Positions 9,934 to 19,867 of a DNA stretch of 64,000 nucleotides are shown one piece after another; position 1 is the stretch's first letter; each line of letters opens with the position of its first letter. Both the position numbers and the translations under genes were made by a program. The stretch spans positions 1 to 64,000 of the forward strand of contig JBMSQQ010000004.1 of NCBI GenBank assembly GCA_049423385.1, in the 5' to 3' direction. The notes under the pieces were generated by a model that saw only the letters and a program-made list of their open reading frames with translations, had not been told where the DNA came from and made no database searches. This DNA is from Silvanigrellaceae bacterium. Its GTDB lineage: Bacteria > Bdellovibrionota_B > Oligoflexia > Silvanigrellales > Silvanigrellaceae.

Positions 9934-11354
9934 CGTTTGAGACACCCCGCACATTGCTCGACAAGATTTGGGATTCGGCCACGGTGGTGCGCGAGTCTGC
10001 AGATCATCCTGCCGTGCTGTTTGTCGATTTGCATGTGCTCCACGAGGTGACCTCGAGTCACGCATTTTCGTTGCTCAAGCAGCGTGGATTGAAGGTCAAG
10101 TATCCCGACCGCACGCTCGCTCTTGCCGATCACGCAGTGCCGACCCTGGCACCCGATGGCGACGCGCGTTGGCCCTTTTCAAATCCCGCAAATCGCATTT
10201 CTGTTGAAACACTCGAGCGCAATTGTCGCGAGCAAGGAATTCATTGTTTCGCGCTGGATGACGACAGGCAGGGCATTGTTCACGTTGTGACCCCTGAGCT
10301 TGGACTCACCTGGCCGGGGCAAGTCATTGTTTGCGGCGACAGTCACACCAGCACCCAGGGCGCCTATGGAGCACTCGCCTTTGGCATCGGCAGCAGCGAA
10401 GTTGCCGGTGTGTTGGCAACCCAGACATTGCTGATGAAAAAGCCGCACGCACTGCGTGTTGAACTCAAGGGTTCACGCCTGCCATTTGCCCTGACTGCCA
10501 AAGACATTTCTCTTGCCGTTCTGGCTGAAATCGGAGTCGGAGGTGCACAAGGCGGAGTGATTGAGTTTACCGGCGAGGCGCTGAAACTGCTGTCGATGGA
10601 AGAGCGCATGACGCTGTGCAACCAAAGCGTTGAAGCAGGAGCCCGCACGGCTTTGATTGCCCCAGACGACGTGACCATTGCAGATCTTTCAGCACGTGTT
10701 CGAAACTTCGATAATGCTGACTTTGCGAATTTGATTGATCAGTGGCGCACGCTGCGTTCCGATCCGGCTGCCGTCTATGCACAGACCTGGACCATCGATG
10801 TCGAGTCATTGGCACCGCGTGCCACATACGGAACTCTCCCTGCGCTTTCAATTCCACTGGAAGACACCATTCCTCAGCGTGCACCCGAGTGTTGCGATGC
10901 CGCTCTTTGGCAATCGGGGCTGGCTTATTTCGGATTGAACCCGGGCGACAAATTGCAAGGACTATCGGTTCAGCATGTTTTTTTGGGAAGCTGCACCAAT
11001 GGCCGGTTGAGCGATTTGCGCCAGGCAGCGCGAGTTCTTGAGAACAAGAGAATTGCTCCCACGGTGAAGATGTGGGTCGTGCCAGGCAGTCGTGCGGTGA
11101 AGCGGGCTGCTGAAGCGGAAGGTCTGGATGTAATTTTCCGGAACGCCGGAGCCGATTGGCGCCAACCGGGCTGCTCCCTTTGTGTGGCCATGAACGGCGA
11201 CAGCATTCCTGCGGGTGAAGTGTGTGTGAGCACGAGCAATCGAAATTTTGCTCATCGCCAAGGGCCTGGCAGCAAGACAATTTTGGTGAGTCCCCTGACA
11301 GCTGCAGCAACTGCCCTCAGGGGTGTGCTCACTGATCCGCGTGAGGTGCTGTGA
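9930..11354 (+). CDS. leuC: 3-isopropylmalate dehydratase large subunit homolog (possibly a maleate/alkylmaleate hydratase)
   Basis: HEVTS, CGDSHT, GSCTNGR and GCSLCVAMN Fe-S ligands, STSNRNF; GTG start with GGAGG RBS. Confidence 0.9.
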   Translation: MTFETPRTLLDKIWDSATVVRESADHPAVLFVDLHVLHEVTSSHAFSLLKQRGLKVKYPDRTLALADHAVPTLAPDGDARWPFSNPANRISVETLERNCREQGIHCFALDDDRQGIVHVVTPELGLTWPGQVIVCGDSHTSTQGAYGALAFGIGSSEVAGVLATQTLLMKKPHALRVELKGSRLPFALTAKDISLAVLAEIGVGGAQGGVIEFTGEALKLLSMEERMTLCNQSVEAGARTALIAPDDVTIADLSARVRNFDNADFANLIDQWRTLRSDPAAVYAQTWTIDVESLAPRATYGTLPALSIPLEDTIPQRAPECCDAALWQSGLAYFGLNPGDKLQGLSVQHVFLGSCTNGRLSDLRQAARVLENKRIAPTVKMWVVPGSRAVKRAAEAEGLDVIFRNAGADWRQPGCSLCVAMNGDSIPAGEVCVSTSNRNFAHRQGPGSKTILVSPLTAAATALRGVLTDPREVL

Positions 11355-11983
11355 TGAACGTCAACGGTTGGACTCAATGGAACGGACGCGCTGTGCTGAT
11401 TGCACGCGACAACATCGACACCGACCAGATTTATCCGGGGCGATTTTTGTCGCTCACCAACAGAAGCGACATGGGCGAAGCTTTTTTTGCCGACTGGCGA
11501 TTCGACGAACAAGGCTGTGAGCGCAAAGATCATCCCTTCAGAAAAGAACAAAGCATCATGGTGGCCGGCGAAAACTTTGGCTGTGGTTCGTCGCGCGAGC
11601 ATGCTGTGTGGGTGATGCGCGACCACGGTTTTCGGGTTGTCCTGGCAAGATCATTCGCCCCGATTTTCAAACAAAATGCGATTGCCAACGGTATTGCGCC
11701 TGTTCAGCTTCCGGGCGAAGTATTCACAATCATGAGTGCGCACCAGAATCTTGAATTTGATATTTCAGTTGATCTTGCCTTGCGCTCCTGCACCCTGGTT
11801 TCATGCGATGGCAAAATCAAACGCACTTTTGAATTTGCAATGGAGCCCTTCGACGTTCATTGCCTGCGCCAGGGTGTGGACACCTTGGGCTTTCTGCTTT
11901 CTTGCTCATCAGCAATTGAAAACCATCTGAAGACAACACAACGAATCAACCCTTTGCAGCAATTCTTTTCGGGAGACCAATGA
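11351..11983 (+). CDS. leuD: 3-isopropylmalate dehydratase small subunit homolog
   Basis: DNIDTDQI, NFGCGSSREHA, SFAPIF. Confidence 0.9.
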   Translation: MMNVNGWTQWNGRAVLIARDNIDTDQIYPGRFLSLTNRSDMGEAFFADWRFDEQGCERKDHPFRKEQSIMVAGENFGCGSSREHAVWVMRDHGFRVVLARSFAPIFKQNAIANGIAPVQLPGEVFTIMSAHQNLEFDISVDLALRSCTLVSCDGKIKRTFEFAMEPFDVHCLRQGVDTLGFLLSCSSAIENHLKTTQRINPLQQFFSGDQ

Positions 11984-12921
11984 AAATGAACAGCACGAAT
12001 CGAGGAACATCCCCAATGAACCAGAATCCACTGCCAGCTCCTGCACCGCTGCGTGCAAATCCTCGCACTTCGATTGGCCGCCTCCATGTGGAAAGCGAGC
12101 AGTCGTTGTATTCTGTGGTTGAATTCACAAAGACTGCTTTCAATATCGCCAATTTCATTGGTGGCGATCGCGGCGAAACACAGATTCTTTCGCAGGATGC
12201 TGCGACCGGCGAATCGACCCAGCGCGTGAGCATCAAGAAAGGCTGGAAGGCTCCCATCGGTCATTTCGATACCGATGTGGAAATCTTTGTGCTCAAGGGT
12301 GAAGTCAAGCAAGGCGGATTCAAGCTGCGCCAGTTGTCCTACACTTATCTTCCGGCAGGACTCGCAACCGGACCTTGGGAAGCCAGTGAAGACACGGTGA
12401 TGTTGTTCATGCCCGATCGCAAGCCGAATTACCTGACGGCTCCCTATGCAGACCTCGAGCAGATTCCCGAGAATTCTGCATACCATCTGAACACGCAAAT
12501 GAATGATCGCATGGTGGATTACATTCCGTGCAAGGAAATCAACTCCATGAACTGGGAACAGACGACGTTTCTGCCCCCAGGTTCTGCACGCAAAAGCCTG
12601 TTCAAGTGTCCACGCACCGGTCGTGCGACCTGGATTCTTGGTCTTGTTCCGATGTGGATTGAAGGCAACTTTTTTGCCGGACATCCAACTGCGGAAGAAG
12701 CTTATTTGATTCGTGGCGACGTCCAGGGACACTGGAGCATGCAGGATGATCCGTTCAATCGTCGTTATGCTGCGATGCGTGACGATGGTTATTACTGGCG
12801 TCCAGCTCACATTGCGCATGGACCTTTCTGGTCGGAAAGTGGCGCGCTGTGCCTGTTCCGCACCAAGGACCGCCTCGATTGCCACTGGGCTTTGCACAAT
12901 CCAGACATCACCCAACGCTGA
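11980..12921 (+). CDS. Bicupin / DUF4437-like protein
   Basis: Two cupin-like halves; HPTAEEAYLIRG and YWRPAHIAHGP metal-site motifs. Confidence 0.6.
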   Translation: MKMNSTNRGTSPMNQNPLPAPAPLRANPRTSIGRLHVESEQSLYSVVEFTKTAFNIANFIGGDRGETQILSQDAATGESTQRVSIKKGWKAPIGHFDTDVEIFVLKGEVKQGGFKLRQLSYTYLPAGLATGPWEASEDTVMLFMPDRKPNYLTAPYADLEQIPENSAYHLNTQMNDRMVDYIPCKEINSMNWEQTTFLPPGSARKSLFKCPRTGRATWILGLVPMWIEGNFFAGHPTAEEAYLIRGDVQGHWSMQDDPFNRRYAAMRDDGYYWRPAHIAHGPFWSESGALCLFRTKDRLDCHWALHNPDITQR

Positions 12922-12940
12922 AAGCAGCAAGGAAAATTTC

Positions 12941-14203
12941 ATGGAACGAAAAATTTCTCCCCAAAGCTGGATGATTGTTGCTTGCGGATTTTTGGTGCTG
13001 CTCGTGACCAACGGAATGACCCTCACTGGCATCACGATGTTCGACAACGCCCTGTTGTCCGAATTCGGTTGGCAGCGGGGAGAATTGAAATTGCGTGATC
13101 TCATCACCTTTGCGGGTGCAGGACTCATCGCTCCGTTTTTTGGTTCGCTCGCTGACAAAGGGCACATTCGTAATTGCCTTTTGGCCGGCTGTGTTTTTCT
13201 GGCTGCCGGTTTTTTGGTCTATTCGCGAATCTCCACAATTGGCGGCGTTTATCTGGCGCATGCCCTGTTTGGTTTGTCGTTGGCATCGGCCGGCATTGTG
13301 AGCGTTGTTTTTCTGGTTTCCTCCAACGTGCCAGCCTCAAAAAGAGGGCTTGCTTTGGGGATCGCGCTGGTTGGCTCCAGTCTTGGCAATTCGATTTTTC
13401 CTCAATTCAATCTGGCGTTGCTCAAGGCCTTTGATTGGCGAACTGCATTTGCTTACTTGAGTGCAATTCCGGTCATGTTGATGGTCATGATTGGACTTTT
13501 TTTGAAGGTTCCATTCAGCTCCGTCAAATTGAACGGCGCCACCCCCGAGAATTCTCGCCTGGATCAGAATCTTGTGGGGCGAGGGAATGACGCAGTCGAC
13601 GATCACCCATCAACCAGCGTATTCCGTTCGTGGGCATTCTGGTCGATTGGTATCATTGCAACGCTGACTTTCTTTTCCATACTGGGCGTGACAAGTCATG
13701 TGTTTCTTCGCCTGACGGGTGCGGGATACTCACCACAATTCGCCGGAACGGCTATTGGCATGCTGTTCATGATGGGTTTGGTTGGAAAATTGTTTTCAGG
13801 GGCTTTCGCCGACAAGTTTGGTGTCCGGCTGTTGATGACAGTCTCACTTGCTTTGATGAGTGCCGGCGCCTTCGGTTTGAGCCAGTCGATTTCGGCGGGT
13901 GTTCAGGTCTGGATTCTGCTTTTTGGCTTGGGTTGGGGTGCACTCTACACGCTGATTCAGATGTCGGTCGTCTCGACTTTTGGCAGGATTGGCACGGGGC
14001 GGATCCTTGGAGCCATTGCACTCCTCGAAGCCGTGGGAGGAGGATTGGGACCATGGCTTGTTGGCCTTTTGTACGACAAAACCGGCAGCTATCAGCTCGG
14101 GTTTGGAGTGGTCTGCGGAGCACTCGTTCTTGCCCTGGCAACTTCACTCACCCGAGGAGTCAAGGCGTTTTCTGTTTTGAAGAGTTTCTCTGAGCAGGAG
14201 TAA
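12941..14203 (+). CDS. MFS transporter
   Basis: About 12 hydrophobic segments; GSLADKG and GAFADKFG motif A repeats; YDKTGSY; AAGGA upstream of ATG 12941. Confidence 0.9.
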   Translation: MERKISPQSWMIVACGFLVLLVTNGMTLTGITMFDNALLSEFGWQRGELKLRDLITFAGAGLIAPFFGSLADKGHIRNCLLAGCVFLAAGFLVYSRISTIGGVYLAHALFGLSLASAGIVSVVFLVSSNVPASKRGLALGIALVGSSLGNSIFPQFNLALLKAFDWRTAFAYLSAIPVMLMVMIGLFLKVPFSSVKLNGATPENSRLDQNLVGRGNDAVDDHPSTSVFRSWAFWSIGIIATLTFFSILGVTSHVFLRLTGAGYSPQFAGTAIGMLFMMGLVGKLFSGAFADKFGVRLLMTVSLALMSAGAFGLSQSISAGVQVWILLFGLGWGALYTLIQMSVVSTFGRIGTGRILGAIALLEAVGGGLGPWLVGLLYDKTGSYQLGFGVVCGALVLALATSLTRGVKAFSVLKSFSEQE

Positions 14204-14206
14204 GAC

Positions 14207-15142
14207 TCACTGCTGTGGACATTCTCCACCGGCCTGCGACGCCGATTCCGCGACGGGGAAGAGTTCTCCGCGAAGATACGCATCGAAATTGGTCTTGAAA
14301 TAAGTCCAGCTCGAAACATTGGCGCGGCCTGAAACGACACACCGGGGTGCATCGAGGTACAGCTCGAGATCGGAAGTTGTCATCCGACGCTTGACGAGCT
14401 CCGGCAGTGGCTGATTTGCCGAGTGTTTTTGGACAATCGCATTGAACACCAGATTTCCGCTGGCTCCCTTCATTTTCATCCACGGAAGCCAGGGGCTCAC
14501 GCGGGTCCAAACCACCTGCACGTCATCAATCGACTCAACTTCACCAATTCGCGCAAGCGCTTCATCAGCAATGACGTATGAGAAGGATTCGTGCGCCTTG
14601 TATATTGCTTCGGGTGAATATTCGGCGAAACGAGCATCACCAGCAAGCGGATTCGGATAGCTCAATGGAACGTCGATCCTCAGAATTGAGGTTTTGCTGT
14701 TCGATTCAACCGGCAATGCTGCCACGGCCGGTATTTTTTGTTGAACAAGTGCATTGGCAATATGAACAACCGGGACGGTTTCTTTGGTCCAGGGATTTTG
14801 CCATTTGTCGAGCATTTCGCCCGTGGACGGATCAAGGTAAAAAGTCAATTCGCGTGATCCGACAGTCCAATTTCCGTTGTCGTCTTTGAAGCAGCGGGCA
14901 ATGTTGTAACCAACGATCTTGAACAAGACTTGGCTCTTGTCTGATGCGACCCCGGTGGTTGTGACATTCCCATGCCAGCTCGTGATGGCATTCTGGCCGT
15001 TGGTGTTGCAGCGGATTTTCATGAAATCATTGGCGCCGAGACTCGATGTGCCCGCGTGTGCGGGAATTGAAAACGTGCTGGCTGCAGCAACAGTTGCGGA
15101 GAACATGGTGAATCTGCGAGTCAAAAGTCGGTTCAAGTTCAT
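14207..15142 (-). CDS. DUF1838-like exported protein
   Basis: Signal peptide (RRF, possibly Tat); RELTFYLDP, WQNPWTKETVPVVHIAN, YPNPL, WTRVSPWLPWM motifs as recalled for DUF1838. Confidence 0.7.
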   Translation of the reverse strand: MNLNRLLTRRFTMFSATVAAASTFSIPAHAGTSSLGANDFMKIRCNTNGQNAITSWHGNVTTTGVASDKSQVLFKIVGYNIARCFKDDNGNWTVGSRELTFYLDPSTGEMLDKWQNPWTKETVPVVHIANALVQQKIPAVAALPVESNSKTSILRIDVPLSYPNPLAGDARFAEYSPEAIYKAHESFSYVIADEALARIGEVESIDDVQVVWTRVSPWLPWMKMKGASGNLVFNAIVQKHSANQPLPELVKRRMTTSDLELYLDAPRCVVSGRANVSSWTYFKTNFDAYLRGELFPVAESASQAGGECPQQ

Positions 15143-15300
15143 GTGAAAAAACCTCAGCAGCCGGGACCCGGTTTTTTTGACCCGGGCTCGAGAATTGGCT
15201 CAAGTGCATGGATTGTGGGTTTCTATTCGAAGCAGGCGCTGATCTCAACCAGAAAAAAGGCGGGGTGGTTTATCTTGTTCGATATTTCAAACACCCATGA

Positions 15301-16440
15301 TCACTTGGATATTTTGAAATCAATTGACGACTTCACGGAATTGCAGGTGCCCCCGGAAGTTGAACCATTGGACGAGACTGCGCAGCAACGCTCGACTTCC
15401 ACTGAAAATGGCTTTCCAACAGACGAAACCGGCAACCTCAGACTTCCATCTGTATCGCTCCTCGCGATTTCCTTGCCCGAGCTGTCGCGGGCCACGGAGC
15501 CCTTGAGCGTGCAGGAGCTTCCGGGAACAAATTCATCAATGAACTCACTCAACATGATCGACTCTGTGAAAGGAAATGCAAATGATTTTCCGGGCAGTCC
15601 AATCTTCTGTGCCAGGTTTGTCATTTGCCCATTGGCTGCGAGCTCTGTGCTGACTCCCAGTTTTGCGCAGCCAAACAAGGTCATCAGCACACAGCCTTGA
15701 ATTTGTGTCGCAGTGGAATGGTAGAATCTCATTTTTGACTTCAATGCCATCGGGACGCTCGCGAATGCCTGCTCGAGTTCAGTCGTGGAAAAATCCTTGT
15801 GATTGCCATTCAGGGCAAAGGCCACGGCATCGCCGATGAAAAGAATGATTTTACTCACGGAGGCTCGCGTTTTGTTTTCCTCGGCGTCCTTGGTAATCAT
15901 TTGCAATGCAGAGGCCAGTGCTGCCTGCCCTGCCTCCTGGGGATCCTCTCCGGCGTTGGGAATCCAGGTCCGCGTCACTGTCGCAAGCGATTTTTCGTCG
16001 GTGAACGGAATCGTTTGGGCAACAGTGTCGCGAAAACCAATCGCTGCAAAACGGGCATCCCAGCCTTTGTCCTGACGCAATTGATAGGCGAATCGCTCGA
16101 CCCCGTTTTTAACAGTGTTCAGGCTGTCATCCATGCTCGCAGTGATATCGACAACAAAGACGATGTCGGCCGGGGTTTTTTCCGCTTTGCCATCTGATAT
16201 GCAGTTTTTTGCAAGATTGACGATGTTGGTTTCGGAGGACTTGATCTGTGCCGCTTTTGTCTTTTCCTGTTCACAGGAAACAGCAAATCCAACACTCGCA
16301 ATTTTTGCAGGTTTGTCGATCCCCTGAAATTCGGTGGGTTTGCAGCCCGCGTTGAGTAAAAAGGCGATCGTCACGAAATTTTTCACGACCATGCTTCTTG
16401 TGGACATGACTTTTCCAATTCTCGTCGATGCTAATTTCAT
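15301..16440 (-). CDS. vWA domain lipoprotein
   Basis: Lipobox NAGC; MIDAS-like DIVFVVDITASM; IGDA; ATGA overlap with the upstream methyltransferase. Confidence 0.8.
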   Translation of the reverse strand: MKLASTRIGKVMSTRSMVVKNFVTIAFLLNAGCKPTEFQGIDKPAKIASVGFAVSCEQEKTKAAQIKSSETNIVNLAKNCISDGKAEKTPADIVFVVDITASMDDSLNTVKNGVERFAYQLRQDKGWDARFAAIGFRDTVAQTIPFTDEKSLATVTRTWIPNAGEDPQEAGQAALASALQMITKDAEENKTRASVSKIILFIGDAVAFALNGNHKDFSTTELEQAFASVPMALKSKMRFYHSTATQIQGCVLMTLFGCAKLGVSTELAANGQMTNLAQKIGLPGKSFAFPFTESIMLSEFIDEFVPGSSCTLKGSVARDSSGKEIARSDTDGSLRLPVSSVGKPFSVEVERCCAVSSNGSTSGGTCNSVKSSIDFKISK

Positions 16441-17054
16441 GATGCACTCCGCTGCGTTTCGGGTACTTCCTTTGCTCTTCCTTTTGAAGTGCAGTCGTAG
16501 ATGATGGCGGGTGGCAGGTTGCGCAGTTCAAAGCGAACAGAGCTTATATTGAAATAGTCCGAAAAAGTTTTCTTCAAAAACGGGGTATATTGAAAGGCAA
16601 CAAAATGCCCTTCACTTGACAGGATTTGCGCTGCCGATTCGAGAATGTTTCGTGTCACATCTGGACTCATGCTCGCATACGGCAGGCTCGAGACGATTGC
16701 ATCGACCCTCGCAAGTCCTCGTTGCGCCAAGATGCCCGGGAGATTTCCGGCATCATCAAGAACAACCTCGACGTTGCGATTTGTCTTGAGACGCTCGCGC
16801 AGCAAATTTACAGCCTCTGCATTGAGATCGATGATGATGATCCTGGCTTCTTCGCCCACATGCCTGAGCATTGTCTGGGTGATTGCACCGGTGCCAGCCC
16901 CCAGTTCGACAACTGTTTTTGTTTTCTTCTTGTCAATGCAATCCATCATTTTGGTGGCAAGAAATCTGGATGACGGTGCAATGGCACCAATTTGCTGTGG
17001 TGCTTTTGCGAAGTGTTGAACCGTGTGTGCCAGGTCTTTCCACCAACGCGACAA
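16437..17054 (-). CDS. Class I SAM-dependent methyltransferase (PmtA-like phospholipid N-methyltransferase)
   Basis: IGAIAPSSRFLA, VVELGAGTG, IVSSLP, FQY, NLPPA; TTG start at 17054 after GGGAGG. Confidence 0.85.
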   Translation of the reverse strand: MSRWWKDLAHTVQHFAKAPQQIGAIAPSSRFLATKMMDCIDKKKTKTVVELGAGTGAITQTMLRHVGEEARIIIIDLNAEAVNLLRERLKTNRNVEVVLDDAGNLPGILAQRGLARVDAIVSSLPYASMSPDVTRNILESAAQILSSEGHFVAFQYTPFLKKTFSDYFNISSVRFELRNLPPAIIYDCTSKGRAKEVPETQRSAS

Positions 17055-17259
17055 TTCCAGACCTCCCCGTTTGAGCAGGTTCGCCAGCGGAAGGATGCTT
17101 GCTCTTGCAACGGCACCTTGAGGTGCGCCTTCCGTGAAAATTCCTGAACAACCGAAGGCGGTTCGGAATTTATTCAGCGAAATTGAGGTTTTTCTTATAA
17201 TTTTTAATAAAAATGCATGGTTGTTGAGCATCGGAGTTGTCTCGACATGCCTTGGGGAA

Positions 17260-17868
17260 TCACTGCTCTCCAATCTCCTCCGAAGCACCCCGTTCGACTC
17301 GCCCTTCGCTGGGTGCGCTTTTCCGACGCCACTGGCCCGAACGTGCATAAGGTTCGCGTTGTGGATTTGCGGGAGGGTTTCGTGCCGGCAGCAAGCCCAG
17401 TTTTGACAAATGTTCATGAAGCGCGACAGGCGAGAGTTTCGTCAGGTTGGCGTCAAGGTCGTTTACACGGAGCTTCCTGTACAGTTCGCCTGGCAATGAA
17501 TCCCTGAGTTCTCCGAGAACCTTTCTGTCTGCTGCCAAAACAACAGCTTCCACATTGAATTCCGAGACGAAATTGAGGAGTTTTTCGCTGATCTCCCGGC
17601 TGAATCTTTTGACGATTTCATGCTGATGACGGCTCAAATGATCATCGTATCCATGCATCGTCTGCGCCATTCCGGAGAACCCGACATGATATGAAAACCG
17701 ATGACCTCCTGCGAGGGTTTCGTTCTTTTGTTCCTGCCAATGTTTGTTGAGGAACAGTTCAACCGATGACAATACCGGACTCCATTGTTCACCAGGACGT
17801 TCAGCAGATTTTAGAATCAGAAACCGGGCTTTTGTGTGATCGACAGTCAACACGGCGACCTGCTTCAT
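17260..17868 (-). CDS. Host attachment family / release-factor-like (baeRF) protein
   Basis: N-terminal VLTVDHTKARF, VVLAADRKVLGELR, NLTKLS pattern. Confidence 0.65.
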   Translation of the reverse strand: MKQVAVLTVDHTKARFLILKSAERPGEQWSPVLSSVELFLNKHWQEQKNETLAGGHRFSYHVGFSGMAQTMHGYDDHLSRHQHEIVKRFSREISEKLLNFVSEFNVEAVVLAADRKVLGELRDSLPGELYRKLRVNDLDANLTKLSPVALHEHLSKLGLLPARNPPANPQREPYARSGQWRRKSAPSEGRVERGASEEIGEQ

Positions 17869-18099
17869 GGTTTACCCCTTGACGACTGTGAATTGTGGAT
17901 TCTTTTCCGGGCCCGACTCTTTCCCGATGGTCCTCCATTGCAAAATCATAGCTTTGTGATGGGCTTTGAAAATCATGGATTTCTTGGACATTCGAAAGAT
18001 CTTTTTGGCTCGATGTCCATTTCGCTGACATGGATCATCGGGTCGTCTTTGTTAAACTCGGCTTGCGATAAATTTTCGAAGAAAGCTTTGGAGGTTTTC

Positions 18100-19854
18100 A
18101 TGTTTTCGATTTGGAATTCGCTTTTGCGTTCGGGATGGAAAAACCAGGTCGTTGGTTTGGTGGGTATGGCGTGTTCGCTTGCCTTGATCGACGGTTGCAA
18201 GCCGCGAAATTTCAATTCAGGCGCGTCAGCTCAAGGCCTGACACCGCAGCAGTTCGACTCCCAGTTTGAAGTCACCCGATTGACCTCCTGCAAGGCTCCA
18301 AATGGAACTGCGGCCGGTGATTTGCGGGTTGTCTGGCGCGTTCGCAACAGTGCCGGTCAGTCTGTGACGCCCTATATTCTTGGTTTCGCTGGTGATGCGG
18401 TGACCTCCAGGAATAAAAAGGTGAAGTTCCAGATTCTCACTGCAATTGGAGCGCCGAGGCCGATTGCACCGAAGGACGGACCAACGCCATTTCCTTTTGA
18501 GATCTATGGTGGATACGAGTTGCAGATCCCAGCCGACGAAGCTGCTGCACGCTGGGGATATATCGATGTCGATGGCAAGCCATTGGCCCAAGGTTCGATT
18601 GATGTCGGTTTGATGCTGTTGCCCGTGCATGGCAGCGGCAGTGCTGCCGGCCGTTCATTTTACCTGGTTCAATACGATGGCACGAGCTTCGACTTCAATT
18701 GCGATCCGCTCGATTCCATGGCGTTGGCTCGGCTTGCCACATTCGGGATTCGCGATGGCAGTCATGGATTCAAGGGAGACCGTGGGGTTGTTGTCAAAGG
18801 CAGCAACGGAAGCGGAGGCACCTCCTCGGATGGCAAGCTTGTGACCCAATGGGCGTGCTCTGGGAACCGACGAAAAGCACAGAATCATCGTCTCGTCGAA
18901 GTGGCGGGCGGCTGGCTCAACCAGGAAGAATACTGCGAATGGGATCGAAATGGTGTTGCACCTGGCAAGGTGACGTCCGCAACCGTCAAACCAAACCAGT
19001 TGAGCTGTGTTGTTCGCTCATCGTTCGATCAAGACCGCAGCTACTTTCTCCAACAGCGTTTGTACAAGGCCACGGGCGAGCAGCAGAAACTCGAAGGATT
19101 TTCGAGTTTGAGCGAATTCAAGAGCGCGTACTATGACACCAAGTTCAATGGATATGCATTTTTGGTTGGAGGCCGTGAAGGTTATCACGTTTGGGACACC
19201 CGGGTCTGGAAGAAAATGGGCGAAAAGGGTGACCCCCGCGGAGCTTATATTTCCGACACTCGGAAGGGCATCATAGGCCATTGCATGCAGTACACATGCG
19301 CTCAACCGGATGAGACCGGATACACGGGCAACTGCGTGCAGGGTCGGCAGAGTGATCCGCTCATTTGCTCCGTTATCAACAACATTTATTGTGTTGGCCC
19401 GGCGCAGAACGGTTGCGTGCAAAAGCAGGAGCTCAATCTCAGCAAGAGACCCGTGCTTCATGCCGATGCAAATCATGTCCAGAATGCTGCGCATCTGGAT
19501 CCTGTTTTGACACCGACGTTGCAGTTGCCTCCGGGTCCGTTGGCAGCTCTCAATCCAGGTCCGGTTTTTCGCGAGGATGTGCTGTTCAGAAATGATTACA
19601 CTCCGCCAACACGATTGGGCGACACGCCCATCAAGCTCGACCTGGTCATTCCCGCTGGTCTTGGAGAATGCAAGCACATTGTTGATCCGGCATTGGTGAA
19701 GTCGGGCCGGGTCAAGGATGTTGCAGCATTCCTTGCCAACGACAAGACGCTTGTCCACTGCACATTCACAAACAATACCCGATACAACAACTGTGATGAA
19801 GTTGCTTCGCAGATTCAGGTGAGGATAGCGCTCGAGGCACAACCAAAGCGCTGA
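18100..19854 (+). CDS. Cys-rich hypothetical lipoprotein
   Basis: GGAGG before ATG 18100; lipobox-like IDGC followed by KPRNFN; many Cys. Confidence 0.75.
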   Translation: MFSIWNSLLRSGWKNQVVGLVGMACSLALIDGCKPRNFNSGASAQGLTPQQFDSQFEVTRLTSCKAPNGTAAGDLRVVWRVRNSAGQSVTPYILGFAGDAVTSRNKKVKFQILTAIGAPRPIAPKDGPTPFPFEIYGGYELQIPADEAAARWGYIDVDGKPLAQGSIDVGLMLLPVHGSGSAAGRSFYLVQYDGTSFDFNCDPLDSMALARLATFGIRDGSHGFKGDRGVVVKGSNGSGGTSSDGKLVTQWACSGNRRKAQNHRLVEVAGGWLNQEEYCEWDRNGVAPGKVTSATVKPNQLSCVVRSSFDQDRSYFLQQRLYKATGEQQKLEGFSSLSEFKSAYYDTKFNGYAFLVGGREGYHVWDTRVWKKMGEKGDPRGAYISDTRKGIIGHCMQYTCAQPDETGYTGNCVQGRQSDPLICSVINNIYCVGPAQNGCVQKQELNLSKRPVLHADANHVQNAAHLDPVLTPTLQLPPGPLAALNPGPVFREDVLFRNDYTPPTRLGDTPIKLDLVIPAGLGECKHIVDPALVKSGRVKDVAAFLANDKTLVHCTFTNNTRYNNCDEVASQIQVRIALEAQPKR

Positions 19855-19867
19855 AAGGAAGTTTGCC

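Noticed and set aside
8989..13167. Long antisense ORFs (8989-10065, 11857-13167)
   Set aside because: They lie opposite well-supported genes and carry no recognisable motifs; treated as shadow ORFs
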